A stretch of 64,000 bases of DNA from Oikopleura dioica. Lineage: Eukaryota > Animalia > Chordata. This document shows, piece after piece, positions 1 through 13,019 of the stretch (its first letter is position 1; each line of letters starts with the position of its first letter). The notes under the pieces are model-generated. The model searched no databases, had not been told where the DNA came from, and worked only from the letters and a program-made list of their open reading frames with translations. The translations under genes were made by a program, and so were the position numbers. The stretch spans positions 11,656,001 through 11,720,000 of the forward strand of contig OU015569.1 in NCBI GenBank assembly GCA_907165135.1, in the 5' to 3' direction.

Positions 1-1
1 G

Positions 2-791
2 CTCAAGGTCGCTCTTGACAAGATTACTCAAGATGCGAGTTGCCACGAGAAGACTTTGTATTGGCGAGTGAAAACAGCGACCGAGACATGTACCAGCGAA
101 TTGGAGAAACGCGAACAAGGGCAGAAAAAAAAGCTCTCAGAAATCAAGGACGAAGTTGGAAAGCTCTTGTCCGAAGGAAAATCGTTCGCGACTGCTCAAA
201 AATCTCTTCTGGAGGTAAGCTTTCCCCTTTTTATCCTTTAAAAAAAAAAACTTAATTCAGGAAATCGACGCTTCAAACAAATCCACTGAAGGCGCCCTCA
301 CTTCTCTCTCATTGGTAGAATACAACGAGAGCGGAGAAACTCCAGCAAAACGCGATCGACGATCTCTTCAGAAGCCTCTGAGCATCAGGAACGAAGTGCA
401 GATTCTTCGCGAGTACGAGGAGCCGTCCACAACAATCGACGAAGAAGATCTTCCGGTAGCTGACTTGATTGAAAACTGATTTTTACTAATGATTTCAGCA
501 GGATGAGAGTCTTCCGACAGAACCAGAAGAAGAGCTAGACTCCAAAAACATCTCCGAGGACTCAATGGCCTTCGAATGCCGACAGGCAACATCATCTGCT
601 CCTATGTTTGGGGTGAGTCATTTTTTGTATCTTTTTTTTTGCATCTAAATCGAATTCAAAGGAATCGAAAAAGACGCGCTCTAAAAAGCGCAAGGGTCCC
701 AACTCTCCTCTCGTCGAGCCTGCTGGAAAACGAGCGTCTGATGAACACATCCAGGCAAAGAAATTTGGCCCCTCTTAGCTTCCAAGGGTAA
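2..791 (+). CDS. 3' part of a coiled-coil protein, probably a kinesin-5 (Eg5/BimC) tail; 5' end lies outside the window
   Basis: Open frame from base 2 (LKVALDKITQ...KSLLE), then GT-AG introns at about 215-260, 456-498 and 613-661. Exon 2 has VEYNESGETPAKR, resembling the BimC box with its T-P-x-K Cdk site. Frame of the last exon is uncertain. Confidence 0.5.
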
Positions 792-1277
792 AATATGTCT
801 TGATAAATACTGTTATTATCTTTCATTGTAGCCAGCGCTCAACAAGAAGAATTGAGTAAATGTAGACTGATCAACTTCCTCACCAGAAATCACAGCCCAA
901 CACTTTCACATTCCCTGTATATTTCACTATTCTAAACAAAGCTATTATATTTTTTATCACCTGCCAATTGTCTCAATAAAGAATCTCCAATGTAACATCC
1001 TGAGTTTATTAATTTTATGCAGAATGATATTTGCCTATTTTTGGATAATACAAAAGATATAAATACATGGCCAAAAACTGTTTTTCCTAATCTATTAGCG
1101 GCTTACTTACAAGTCGATAAAACTGCACGAGTTTTCCCTACTTTGAGGATTGGGCGTAATGCAAAAACACGGGGCGAAGTTTATCACGGCGGGGCGCTGA
1201 AAGTTCCTGTATAAAAAGAGGCTATTGCTGTATCTATCCATCAAATATTCAACCAGCGAAGAAGACAAAGTAAAAAG

Positions 1278-2027
1278 ATGGCTAGATTTTTCAAATACTT
1301 GGCTTTTTTCCTCGTCCTGATCAGCCAGATCGCCAATATCACCGTCGAAGCGGGAAAAAAGTACAAAAAATCGAAAAAAGCGGAGCCCGAACCTGAACCA
1401 GAGCTAGAACAAGAGATGGAGCAAGAAATGGAGATGGAGAATGAGTTCGAGAATGAGTTTGAAAACGAATTCGAAGAGGGACAAGAGCAAGAGCCTCAAA
1501 TTGTTCCCGATGCCGGAGTTCCAATGGGCCAGGCGCAGAATGAGTGTAAATTTGAATTGATAAAGTGCCATAATTAACGAGCTTTTAGTGGTGTCGTTTG
1601 CACTTTTAGTGGCTGGCACATGGATTGCTATTTCAGTCACCCGGCGGGTTACACGATCAATTTCTAGCGTCGCTAATTTGGAGGTAAAATTATCAATTTC
1701 CGTCGGAGACTTAAATCAAATTTTAGGTTTTGGGTCTTATCGCTGCTATTGCCATGTCCTACTACTGTTACAATGGAAACCAGGCGCTTTTCGGCACCAT
1801 GGTAGTTCATAAAAATTGATCTTTATACAATGTTTTTCAAGAACACGAGTTTTGGAAAGCTCTGGACCTCCGCCACCGCCGCCGAATTCGGAGCAAACGC
1901 AGGAGAACTCGTCAAAAATCTGGCTCAACTTCTTCTTCTCGTCTTCAAGGACGGCTTTGCCTACGCTTCTAGTGCCTTCAACTCTGCCAACCTGTCCCTG
2001 TCCGGTCCAGCAAATCCTGCTCAATGA
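1278..2027 (+). CDS. Hypothetical protein: signal peptide, acidic E-x-E-(M/F) repeats, then hydrophobic segment(s); 4 exons
   Basis: MARFFKYLAFFLVLISQIA N-terminus; EQEM/ENEF repeats; three short GT-AG introns join to VLGLIAAIAMSYYCY and ...GPANPAQ*. TATAAAA lies at about 1210. Confidence 0.6.
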
Positions 2028-2296
2028 GGCTGAATATCAATAGTTTCCAATTTTCCACTTTTTAGCGGCTTTAGCGACCCTGTAACCTACTTTCTTCTTT
2101 CAACATTTGTCAAACTCTCTTTTTTTGTAGTCTGTGGTTAAATAATAAACTTTATTAATTTAGAATAACTATACGCATTGTATCAAATTTTGTCAAATTC
2201 TCAAAAGGGCCGTACATTTCTTCCTTCACCATTCAGAGTCACAGTTAGCACAGTGTCAATACAGTAAGATAGATAGAGAGAAAGGGAGACAGCAGT

Positions 2297-3351
2297 TCAG
2301 ACACCTTGCGATCCGCCACCAGGGATTGTGAGTCGCTTACCGTAGAGAACTAGAAATAAAAAGTTGAATACTAAAATGAAGAAGAGAACAGATTCAAGTA
2401 TTGTTGGGCTTGAACAATAAGGGTGTTACTACGTTAACTCTATGAGAAAATTCCTCTTAAAATTGTGCTAAGCGAAGCGCACTTTCTTTAATTTTGTCTG
2501 GATTAGAGAAATTAAGGGCGTCACTTTGTTAACTCTCCTAGAAAAGAGCGCTTGAAAACGTACCTTTAGTGATGTAAAGGTAGAAGAAATCCATGTACAG
2601 GACAGTTTGAACGCAACCAGCGACGACTGCGATTTTGTCGACAAAGTTCTCGTGGGTGTATCGCCAGTACCAGTTGACAATGTACAGTGCTCTGAAGAGT
2701 ATTGGATAGTAGGAGAAGAAGGAAAGTAGAGTTTTACCGGTAAGCTCCTTGGAAAAAGAGGTAGTGGCTGGTGATGGATTCAGCTTCGCCAGTCTCGGCA
2801 ATCATTTGCAACTGGGGCATGATCGCCACGGATTCGAGGTAAATCGAGAAGGTCCACAAGAGCTCGGTGATGTTGAAATCGTGGTGGACGAGGAAGGCCA
2901 TGCCGACGGCGGGAACGAGGATGAACTCAATTCGGAACCTGGAAAATAAAAATTAGAAAAAAAAGAAAACTAAAAAAATGAGCTCACTTATCGCCTTCTT
3001 CGTTATAAGTAGATCTGAATTTCGAGTAGATGAAGAAGCACGTGACGAAGGAGCAAAGCAAGTAGACGCATTTCATGAAGGTATTATACGGACTGATGAA
3101 GACAGTGAAAAGATCCAAATAACGAGTCACGAAGACGAGGAAAAATAGCACCTGAAAATGGAAAAAATGAGTATTCGCTGAAATTGAATTTGGATGAAAC
3201 TTGGATTGAGGGAGGATTTGCATTGATTTAGTTGATTTACCTGGGATTTGCCGGAGATGCCAGAGACTGATCTTGACTTCCAAATCTTGGCGAGAAGGAT
3301 CAGCATGGCGAACAGGTGCGAGAGATCGCCACATAGTCGGAAGAGATTCAT
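2297..3351 (-). CDS. KDELR: KDEL receptor / ER lumen protein-retaining receptor (ERD2)
   Basis: [70 protein letters not shown] and [16 protein letters not shown]; last exon [17 protein letters not shown]; GT-AG introns. Confidence 0.97.
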
Positions 3352-4069
3352 TTTCTCGGCTTCCTGGCTTCTGGATTCTCTGTCGCGGAAGAGCAGGAAC
3401 AGCGGGTGACCGGTTCACTCTTCTGTAATCAAACACTGGGAGGGGATATTCGCCGTGGCCTAACCCGGGCCAATAGAAGGCAGCTCCGGGTGACCTGGAC
3501 CGCGGGCCAGTACGGCCTCCCGCTAGGCCCTCCTTCTATACCTCCCAATTCGTTAATTGTGTAAATATTATCTTTCTTGAAGCGCGATTGTGAGAACAAG
3601 TTAACTATGCAACTTTTCATTCAAAATTTCTAAAAATTCAACGCGAAAACCTAAACTTTCAATGCTCAATTATAACTCCTAAGCAATCCAATCAACATTA
3701 ATTAACTTTATGTTTACGATCAAAAGAAGTAGAGAGCTAGAAAATGATAAGTAGGAATATCTTTTTTATTATTATTCAGTGCGCAGCAAAAGGTGAAATC
3801 CGGAATCGCTCTCAATAATAGAACAAAAAAGGGACTCACCATCATCTTCTTGCGCAAACAAAAGAGCTCTGAAATAGTTTTAAGGGGGTACACGTTGATA
3901 AATTTTTCACTCATAGGCAAGTGGGAAACACTTCTTTTTATCTAGAGACTTTTTGTCTCCTGCAAGCAACTTTAACATCAAAAATTCTCTAGAAAATCGA
4001 GTGTTTCTCACCTTGCCTGAGAAGCACAAAAAACATGTTCTTTTCAAAAGAAAAATGGTGGGAAAACAA

Positions 4070-4534
4070 TTCTTCGACATCTACGTCTTTATTGGAGATG
4101 ATGGCGACTCCCTTAGCTGCCCAATGTTGAGATTAAAAGCAACGTCTTCAACGACTTTGTGCGAATCTCCTCTGAAAATCCAACTGCACGCACGTTAAAA
4201 ATTGCATAAATAAGCTAGTTTACCCGCAATCACCGCCACTAGATCTTGTCGTGCAGTCAGAATACTTTTCCGCTATCACATCAAAATTTGCCACTGTCGT
4301 TTCTGCTTTGATAAGCTCTAGTTTTTCTAAAAAAAATCGTTGGAAAACTTGAAAAATTTGAATAAAAAGACCTCTAGCCTGTTGGCGATTTCGTTTGACC
4401 GGGACCAAATCAGCTGTGGAGGGATTTCTTGAGCCAGAATGCTTCACCACGATGTGGGAAATCTTCACTTTTGTCGTGAAAGTCTTGATTCCACGCTGTT
4501 TTGCTTGGATGTATTCGTCCATGTAGTCTGTCAA
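4070..4534 (-). CDS. Pin1-type parvulin PPIase with no WW domain seen; 3' end uncertain
   Basis: SHIVVKHSGSRNPS, AEKYSDC, GGDCGWIFRG and VEDVAFNLNIGQL match the Pin1/Ess1 catalytic domain; two short GT-AG introns. Confidence 0.8.
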
Positions 4535-4646
4535 AAATTCAGAAATGGGGAATTTGGCGGATTGAAATCAAGAAAGAGAACAGCCAAAAAACCTGAATTT
4601 ATGGATTTTTTCAAGGAAAATTTCGCTTTTCTCGACTTGGAATTAT

Positions 4647-4824
4647 CTTGGCTCGGCAACCTGTGTAAAAACCTGAGTCAGAGTCATGTAAGAGCGTTAA
4701 TAAAAGCCGCTTAGCGGATGTTTTTAAAATGTAGCCGCCTAAATTACCATCTCAATCTGCATCGCGGCCAAGCGGCAACTTAGGACCCTGACTCAGGTTT
4801 TCAACACAGGTTGCGCTTTCTGAG
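4647..4824. mobile_element. Family A MITE, degenerate copy
   Basis: GGCTCGGCAACCTGTGTAAAAACCTGAGTCAG ... CCTGACTCAGGTTTTCAACACAGGTTG. Confidence 0.8.
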
Positions 4825-5927
4825 AGAGACTCCGAGCCTCTCTTCTGAACTTTTCCTGAGCTTGGACCAGCTTTTGACGTCGGTTTTACACTTGTCACGT
4901 TATTGACAAAAGCCATATTCGACGAAAAATTCTCTGGAATTAGGGTAATATTTTTGAATAAAATGATTTGTATATAAAGATTTTGAATAAGCAGTGTTTG
5001 AACCGTTGCTTTTCGAAAGTGCTCTCTGTCACCATCAGGAGAGCGAAAAAAAGGAGAGAGAGACTCAGACATTGGTGTTCTGTAATCTCGTCAGATTGCA
5101 ATTGAACTAATGGACTGAATGGTGTTGGCGATCGATTTTGTAAATTTTCGAACTCGTGATTTCCCGAGCTAATTTTACTCAAACTGATTACAGTCTAGGA
5201 AGTACAGAGGGCCAATTACGAGCTTAGGGGATTAGACTAATTAGTCTCTATTTACAGACAGACTCATAAAGATAGACTCATTATACATAGAAGGGGAGAA
5301 AGAATGATTTGATTTTAAGGGTCTACTCGTCGATTTGACCATTTCAAACTCGGATTTTGCGGGTTCAGGAGGTTCAAATGCTATTTTTGAGGTGTTGAGC
5401 TATTGAAACCCTTTACTGAAGATTTATTTAGCTGTAAATAAAAGGAGAAATTGAAGCAGAAGAATGTCAAGGCAGTTGATGAATTGGAGAAAAGGTCGCG
5501 AACGGGGTCAATTATTTAGTGTTTTCGCTGCTCAGAGGATTACGCCGATTGCCAATTTCTCGTTTCTTCATGATTGCATTTACAGAAGAAGAGTTGCATC
5601 GCGGATTCAAGAATTCGCAAATTTGCAGTTACAAAAGTGACGCGCTCGCGAAAATAGGCCGAGACATAATCTGTATAGTTCAGTTTATTATTGAAAATGG
5701 AAAAATAATGAGCCTCGCTGTTGCCCTGTTGCCTGCTAATGCCGCTATGATTATAAATCGTGCGAGTGAAAAAGTATTCTCGCATCGAGGGCGCGGTAAA
5801 TAACAAAATTCTCAACCCCGCGCAAATTCATAATCTTCATTTCGCGAAAAAAAAAACAAAAACTCGCCTCTTTCTTGACATTTATTAAATAAACATTAAA
5901 TTCAATCAACATATAAACATAATGAGT

Positions 5928-6663
5928 AGGAGTTAAAGTAGCAGTCGTAGTGATAATAAATGTAATCCTTCAAGCAAATACAGTCAGATGCAATCATAAA
6001 GAGTCCGCCAAACAGAGAAAGTATCAAAGCTATAATCAAAATGTTAAGTTTTCAAGAGGAAGCTTCCAATACCGTTTTTGAACCAAGTTCTTCTTAGAGA
6101 ATAATTCTTCTGCTCCTCATTCCCTCCATCAACAGTTGTTGGTACATTTCTGATTCGAGTCGAATTTCGAATCATTCGACGGCGAAAGTAAATTGTTGAG
6201 AAGACGCATATGGCTGAGAAAACGAGAGAAGCAATTCTAGTTCGCGTGGGTCGCTGAAAAGTATTTTCGTTCGCAAAATAGTTATACCGTATAACTTATA
6301 CGGAAAAACAAACATCAGCGTGATATGATGATCGGTAGCGACTTTGATTTCTCTCATAAGCCCATACAGCAATGAGATCGTAAATAATCGGCAGCACAAG
6401 AAAAAAGCTAAAAATAAAAGTTTCATGAGCCTCAATTTCCGCCCTTCATTTTACCCAGCAGCATTGTCCACCCAGTCCCCTAAATTCCGCCAAAAGAGCT
6501 TTCCCTTGCTCATCACAAGAAACATAATATGAAAGGCCATAAAAAAAGCCCACAAAAACGGAATACTGGAAGTAGTGCCGCGGCAAATGTCTTGAAGAAA
6601 ATGATCCCATGCTCTGGCTTTTTCGAGCTCTCTCAGATACTCCTGATACTCCTCTCTGTCCAT
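5928..6663 (-). CDS. Possible multi-pass membrane protein; exon structure unresolved
   Basis: Successive hydrophobic ORF pieces (FLWAFFMAFHIMFLV; LLFLAFFLCCRLFTISLLY; IASLVFSAICVFSTIYF; LIIALILSLFGGLFMIA). A clean splice path was not found. Confidence 0.35.
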
Positions 6664-6790
6664 TATTCTTGGCTATCTATTTTGTTAGAATTGAGCCTTT
6701 CCCGTTAGACTAAAGGGAAAGAGGCCGGCTGATTGAGGATGAACGTCACTACGTTCCCATGATAACAAAAAAATGCTCAAATGCTTAGTT

Positions 6791-7001
6791 CTGAGCTTGG
6801 GAACCGGTGCAGAAAACCTGAGTCAGGCTGTAAAAGATCGTAAATGGAAAGCCGCGCAGCGGCTTTTCGAAAAACGAAGCCGGAAAGCGGCTTCGCCAGA
6901 ATTTGCCAACAGATTGAAATTGACTATTTCAAATACTAATATTTCCATTTACGATCTTTCACAGCCTGACTCAGGTTTTCTACACAGGTGGCTAAGCTCA
7001 G
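6791..7001. mobile_element. Family A MITE with two internal hairpins
   Basis: About 35-bp TIRs plus AAGCCGC-GCA-GCGGCTT and AAGCCG-GAAAG-CGGCTT. Confidence 0.85.
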
Positions 7002-9078
7002 GAAGAAAGAGGATGAAGAGCTGAAACGTCAGTAAATTCGGTTGTTTAAGTTCGCTCTTGAATTTATTTTGGTGGCAAATTCTGATCGGCAAACATCGAA
7101 TTTATAATTTTGGTGAATGTTTTGGTGCAATTCTTTTTATTTATGCACAAGCGGGGCCGGGATGAAATTTCCATTCCGTAATCCCATTTTGAGAAATAAA
7201 AAGATAATAATAATTGTAAAGTGCGGGGGTCAGAGCAACGGCTGCTTGAAAATCAAACAGGGTTGAAAAAATGGGCGCTGTTCGGAATGGGATTAGCTTG
7301 TTTCCACACCTCAATTTTCAATCGGCGCATTATAAAAATTACGCCAAATCCATCAAAAGCAAGAGGCCTTCTGCTTTTTTCTCGAATTCGGCAATTTTGA
7401 ATTTGGCGAAAAACACCGCTCGCGTGAAATTCCGACAGAATGAAGCAACACTGGAAGAATTCTCTTTGTAAACAAAATAAAGCTAAAACAAAATAGAAAT
7501 AGAAATGCGAAATTCCGAACTTGTTTCGCCCCCAGTTTTTTTTTTCTCACATTATCATGAGAGCATTCCAGTTGACACCACATACATCCAAGGCAAGCTA
7601 AGGGGGTAGGCATCGATAATGGCCAGTTTCGTAAAGCCAATTCTCTAAGAGTTATCACAATGACACCCTTATTTTACTAAAGAAATTTCAACCTTCAATA
7701 TTCATCTACTGTATAACCCCTTTTTCAAAAATTAACGTAGAGATACCCTTATTTCGATCAGTCAAAAACATAGCCGTATCTCTAAATCAAACCCTAACCC
7801 TAACCTAAACAACTTTTTTCTTCAAGAAATCACGTAAAGATACCCTTATTTTGCCGCTTAATCTAACCCTAACCTCTAAATATCAAAAATCTATTTATTA
7901 AAATTTTGTTTCATTTTTCTTTTTTTAATAATTTTCTTCTTCAATCCCGCAATCGAAAAAAGCCTCCCTCTCCGCCTAAGAGGATACTTTTCTGCCCTTT
8001 TCCAAGATTTAATATAAATAATAAAGAATTAAACTTTATTTAGCAGCGAGGCTGAGTGGTCGTCCACTTTCATTTCAAAATCGTTTTGATCTCGGACTTT
8101 GACTAAAATGGGTTTATTATCTTAGGAGGAAAACTTAAACTCAAGTGTCTCCGGCGCGTTTCAACCCCAAGCTCCGAAAATGCTTATTTAAAAAAATCCT
8201 TTTGTTGATTGCTTTTTTAAAATTCAGAACTAAAAAGTTAAGGGGTTAGACTGCAGTAATTAGGTTTTCATTGAGGCTTTTCTCTTGAAATTTACATAGT
8301 GAGGCCCTTATTTTGTGGCCTGAAATAATGCTAAGGCCCTTATTTAGTTTTTCTTAAACACCAAAATTTAGCAAGCATACACCCTTAAGTGGCTAGAGCA
8401 CGTGAGAACTGACCCTCTTCAGGACTTTATACAGGGTTGGAAATCGTTTCTTTTTATTCAAATAAGGGTGTCTCTATGTCAGCTCTTCGAGATAAGTTTG
8501 GACAAAGGTTGAGTTATCGACGTCTGCCCCCTTAAAAATGAAGATGACTACTAGTAAGTAGTAGCTTCTTCCAGAAACTCGGCGCTGGGCTAGTTTTAAT
8601 TTCTCAGCAACAGAATTCGACAAATTTGCAAAAGTATATCTGGCGCCAGGATATTGGATTATTTTTACGCAAATCGGCAGTGCCCCTTGATGTCGATGAT
8701 TATTCACAATACAAGTGAGAGAAAAGCGTAAGGAGCTCAATTCTGGTGTGAAGTGCTCGTTGCCGGAAACACGGATCGGGCTCGAGATTATGGATTACTT
8801 CCTTCGTTAGCCAAAAGCGTTAACAAATTTGGAAAAATTATAAAATACGAATTACGATTGGGGAAACGCCTTGTCCATTTTGCTTGTCAAAAAAAAGAGC
8901 GACGCCCTAAAGCTCTATTTATCAAATAATTATATTAGCAGCTTATCACTGCTGCCGTTTTTTCTTTCTTTTTTGGACATTTCGAGAATTAGGATTCACC
9001 ATTCGATGCTCTCTTAAAATATTGATGAAAAATTAAGGCTGTACACGTCCTTAATTTCAGTCTTCAGAGGAACTTGTG

Positions 9079-9323
9079 TCCGGAGATTAACAAAGAGACG
9101 CCCTTATATTTTCTGCTAAGATTTTTCTTTAGGCCTTCTTTTGTGAGCGGCAACCTGTGCAGAATCCTGAGTCAGGGTCCTGATTTAGGACTCCCGAAAG
9201 AACTTCGGTATTTCCGGACCCTGACTCAGGTTTCTTGACAGGTTGCCGAGCCAATAAGTATAAAAAGGTCTAAAGAAAAATTTTGGCAGAAAAAATAAGG
9301 GTGTCACTGTGTTATCATCCGGA
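9079..9323. mobile_element. Composite palindrome: family A core (9143-9252) inside arms carrying the AATAAGGGTGTCAC motif
   Basis: Outer arms TCCGGA-GATTAACAAAGAGACGCCCTTAT... and ...ATAAGGGTGTCACTGTGTTATCA-TCCGGA are inverted copies. Confidence 0.8.
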
Positions 9324-9991
9324 GAAATATACGGAGAAAGACACCTGCAATTTTTTTTGCCGAGGAATTGCAGTTGTTTCTGTCATTTCTTGATTATGCG
9401 TGTTGGTGAGAAAGAGTAGTACTTTTTGATTTCGGCACTATTTAGTTGCATTCGTGGTAGCGTAGCTTTTTTCGAGTTGTTGGGAAGGATTGAGCGGGCC
9501 AGCTGCGCCAGTTGCGGCCTTGTAAAATCACTTCAATATCAAATAAGGATGAGAAAATCTGAAAATGGCGGCGACTATGTAAGTGAGAATTAATAAAATT
9601 AGTGTTTCGCCCGCCGCCGGTGGTTGTACCTTCTGCCCAGCACAGAAAAGTCCAGATTTTACTTCTCTTGAGACTTCAAGTCCCACACTGAAGATTCAGC
9701 ACTTCTATAATTCTCATCAAAAACCTAGTTGGTAATTTTTGAGATCTTTAATCGCAGTTCTGGCAAATAACGTGCATGCTATTGAGATGATTTACGGTTA
9801 TTTTGAAGCTTTTACGAAAAGAAGCTTTGAACAAATTTTAACGCTAGTTTTCATCTTTGAATCTGAATGTCGTTGGACTAAATGGCTCGATTTGGGGTTT
9901 TAATCTGATTGAAGAAACTGGCATGCACTGCTTGGCGCATTTGAAATCAGTTTTTCTAATAAAAGCTCGAATATACTCCAATTTTTTTTCA

Positions 9992-10742
9992 ATGTCAGAG
10001 GAAGAAAGTATTGGAAAGAGATATGTTGATTGGAAGAAGCATATCCCAAAGGAGGAACCAGAGATGTGTTTCAACATGAATTCAGCAGGAGGTAGCTATG
10101 TGACAATGGCTACTCGAATTAGTAAATTCATCTACGATGGGCAGAAAGTACAAAAATGCGTTCGCTGTAAAGGGTAAGATTATTAATTTCATTCATCAAT
10201 TTGCCTACGTTTATCATGCTAACTAGGGGGTGGCCTATGTTAGGTTTTTATTCAATTAATATCTTTATTCTAGTACAACTGACATTATGTGGCGACTCGA
10301 CAAATTCGACTTGTGTTCGGAATGCTACGAGAAGCATGAGCCTAATTCACGATTCTATGCGAAGCCTTATCGTATTGGTGCGAATTTCAGGTGCCCTTCA
10401 ACTGATGACGACAAATGTCCTCCTGTGTCATTCTTCGAATGGAAAGAAGGTGTGTGCTGTGAAGAAGCAGTCCATGAACAAAATGAGTGGTTTTGGGAGG
10501 AATGTCTTGAGGAAGAAAATTTACATGATCGATTTATTCCATCACAAATAGCAGAGCTGAAGAAAATCGAGGATGAAACAAAATTTCTCGAGCACGAAGC
10601 AGAAGTCGCAAAGATCAAGTCCGAGTCGGCTGAAGCTAGGCTTGCTGCACACCTAAAAAAGAAACGAATGGCCAAGCGTCGACTATCTCGTATTCTCATC
10701 GATGCTGGAAAGTCGCTCATCGAAAAAGGTAAAATCAATTGA
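9992..10742 (+). CDS. Zinc-finger plus coiled-coil protein (ZZ-like CxxC...FDLCxxCY..H, then a GRF-like C..FFxW motif)
   Basis: MSEEESIGKRY...CVRCKG; GT-AG intron 10174-10273; then TTDIMWRLDKFDLCSECYEKH...FRCPSTDDDKCPPVSFFEW; C-terminal E/K-rich coiled coil. Confidence 0.65.
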
Positions 10743-11377
10743 AGATTGAGTTTTTTTTTAAATGATTTTTAGAAAACACCAAGAAGGGATGAAAAGAAGT
10801 CTCCATTGATCACCTAAAAGTCTGAACAGCTTTTTCAAGTATTCTCTTCTTCATTTCTTGCTCAAAATTATCTTAGAAGCAAAACAATAAATTTCGAAAA
10901 TAAAAAAATATTTCAAGTGAAGTTTATTGCAATTCTTTGTTTATTATTTTCATCCCCAAAGGTGCTCGAAGTTTTATAATTGTGACATTTCAAAGGGATT
11001 AATACTGTCTCCGCGCTTGGATTTGTACCGGTTGGCGAGGCGCATTTTGTTGGGCAGTTCCATCACACAAGTTCTAATCCCCTTTGATGAAACGTCGAAC
11101 AAGCTTCATATAAATCACTTATAAACCGCAGCTAAGCGAATAAATATCGCCCTCCCACTTTGATTTTTCCGGTTTCTCGCGCCTGAGCACCAAAACACAA
11201 ACAGGTGCAGCCCCACCGCACTCAAAATGTACCAAGGTCTGATCAACCGACGCCATTCTCGCTTCAGATCAAGCTTTAATGGAATCCAGCACTGCTAATC
11301 AACTCTGTTCTAGGGAGTGCATATCCTTAAAATCAACTAGAATTCGACAGTTTTGAAAAAGTTGACTTTCAAAAATT

Positions 11378-11670
11378 TAAATCAGTAACCTGTGTAGAAA
11401 CCTGAGTCAGGGTCCTGAGTCGTCTTTTGTAAAAAGCCGCGTAGCAAAAACCTGACTCAGGACCCTGACTCAGATTTCCGCACAAGTTATTAATCCCATT
11501 TTTAGCAGGTTTACTCCCTTAATTTGAAATCAGCAACCTGTGTAGAAACCTGAGTCAGGGTCCTGAGTTGTCTATTGTAAAAAGCCGCGTAGCGAAAACC
11601 TGACTCAGGACCCTGACTCAGATTTCCGCACAAGTTGTTAATGCCATTTTTAGCGGGGCTACTCCCTTAA
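11378..11670. repeat. Tandem duplication, 148-bp unit containing a truncated family A element plus flank
   Basis: AACCTGTGTAGAAACC at 11387 and 11535; both units end TACTCCCTTAA. Confidence 0.9.
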
Positions 11671-12611
11671 CCCTTGTTGGTAGCACAATCACTTTCGTTC
11701 GGGACGTAATCTGCTGGTACTCTTCCCTTTTGGCTTTGCGTCAAGCTGGATCCGGCGAGGAGAGTAAACATTGCATAGATGCATAAATTTCTTTGCCCCT
11801 TCATTTGTCATGTAACACTTCCCCTTATCGATAGTTGTCATCCTATAGCGGCCTAAGCCCTTCCGGAATCGGAATCAATTCTGTGACACCTTTCGGCTTT
11901 ACGACTCGTAAGCCCGTTTTTACCCTTATCGGCCTTGTTTATCACATCGCTCATCGTTACTTGTTTGATCAATTTTGCTAATTCGGGCGGTCACGAGCGG
12001 AATTCAGCGCTAGAATTCGGGGTGTTATCTGCATAAAGGCCGCATCGGCCACAATTGCTGCAAAAACATTAAAAGTATCTGATGATGCGGTCAAGCAGGG
12101 CACAATAATTGACACCGCCAAAATGTGACGAATTACATCATTTTGACACCATTGCTAAAGCCGACCAACACCATCAACACCATCCGATTATGAACCGCCA
12201 CAAATGAGACAACAAGAAGAAAGCACCCTCCCGCCGACTCGACTCAAAACACAAGGATCAACAAGTTGCTCAAGAAACTTCAAATCCAGAATCAAGAAAT
12301 CAACCATTTTCAACTGCTTTTTAACAAAATTGGAGCTCTTTTTCAACCTTCTTTTTCGAAAAGGGTTGATTGATGAGCCGATGGCGAACTTGATAGTGAT
12401 GATAAATTATGGTGTTGGCAGGCGTCGTTGTGAGAGTTCTCGCCCCTTCCGGAGTGTTTATACAACAACAAGTTGAAAACTTCCGGGACAATGTGTCGCG
12501 GGCGGTAACTACAAAAAGCACTCAAAGATACTGAATCCTCGAACAAGGCGTTTCTTCCGTCTGAATCTCCTTTCTCACAAAACTAGAAGTTCTATTTTCA
12601 AAATTTAAAAA

Positions 12612-12911
12612 AAGGTACAAAATTGCAGTTTCTTTTTTAAATAATTTAAAAATTAAGGGTGTCATAATGTAAACTTTATAAGAAAAATCGTAGTTTCCCC
12701 CTGAGCCCGGCAACCTGTGTAGAAAACCTGAGTCAGGGTCTTACGAGGTTTTTCATAAAAGACATTTCAAACCCTGACTCAGGTTTTCTACACAGGTTGC
12801 CGAGCTCAGCAATCAAAAGAGGGCGAAAACTGCGACTTTTTTTATCAAGTTTAGATTGTGACACCCTTAATGTTTACACTATTTGAAAAAGAAACTGCAA
12901 TTTTGTACCTT
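12612..12911. mobile_element. Composite palindrome: family A core (12701-12809) inside TTAAGGGTGTCA-type arms
   Basis: AAGGTACAAAATTGCAGTTTCTTT / AAAGAAACTGCAATTTTGTACCTT and TTAAGGGTGTCA / TGACACCCTTAA. Confidence 0.85.
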
Positions 12912-12922
12912 GTTCCAGCGAA

Positions 12923-13019
12923 CTGGGCTCGGCAACCTGTATAGAAAACCTGAGTCAGGGTCCAGGTAAAGACTTTTGAAACCCTGACACAGGTTTTCTA
13001 CACAGGTTGCCGAGCTCAG
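12923..13019. mobile_element. Family A MITE, minimal form with TIRs only
   Basis: Near-perfect TIRs; the flanks extend the inverted repeat by about 16 bp. Confidence 0.9.

Noticed and set aside
3455-3500. ER-stress element upstream of KDELR
   Set aside because: CCAAT is followed after 9 nt by CTCCG rather than CCACG.
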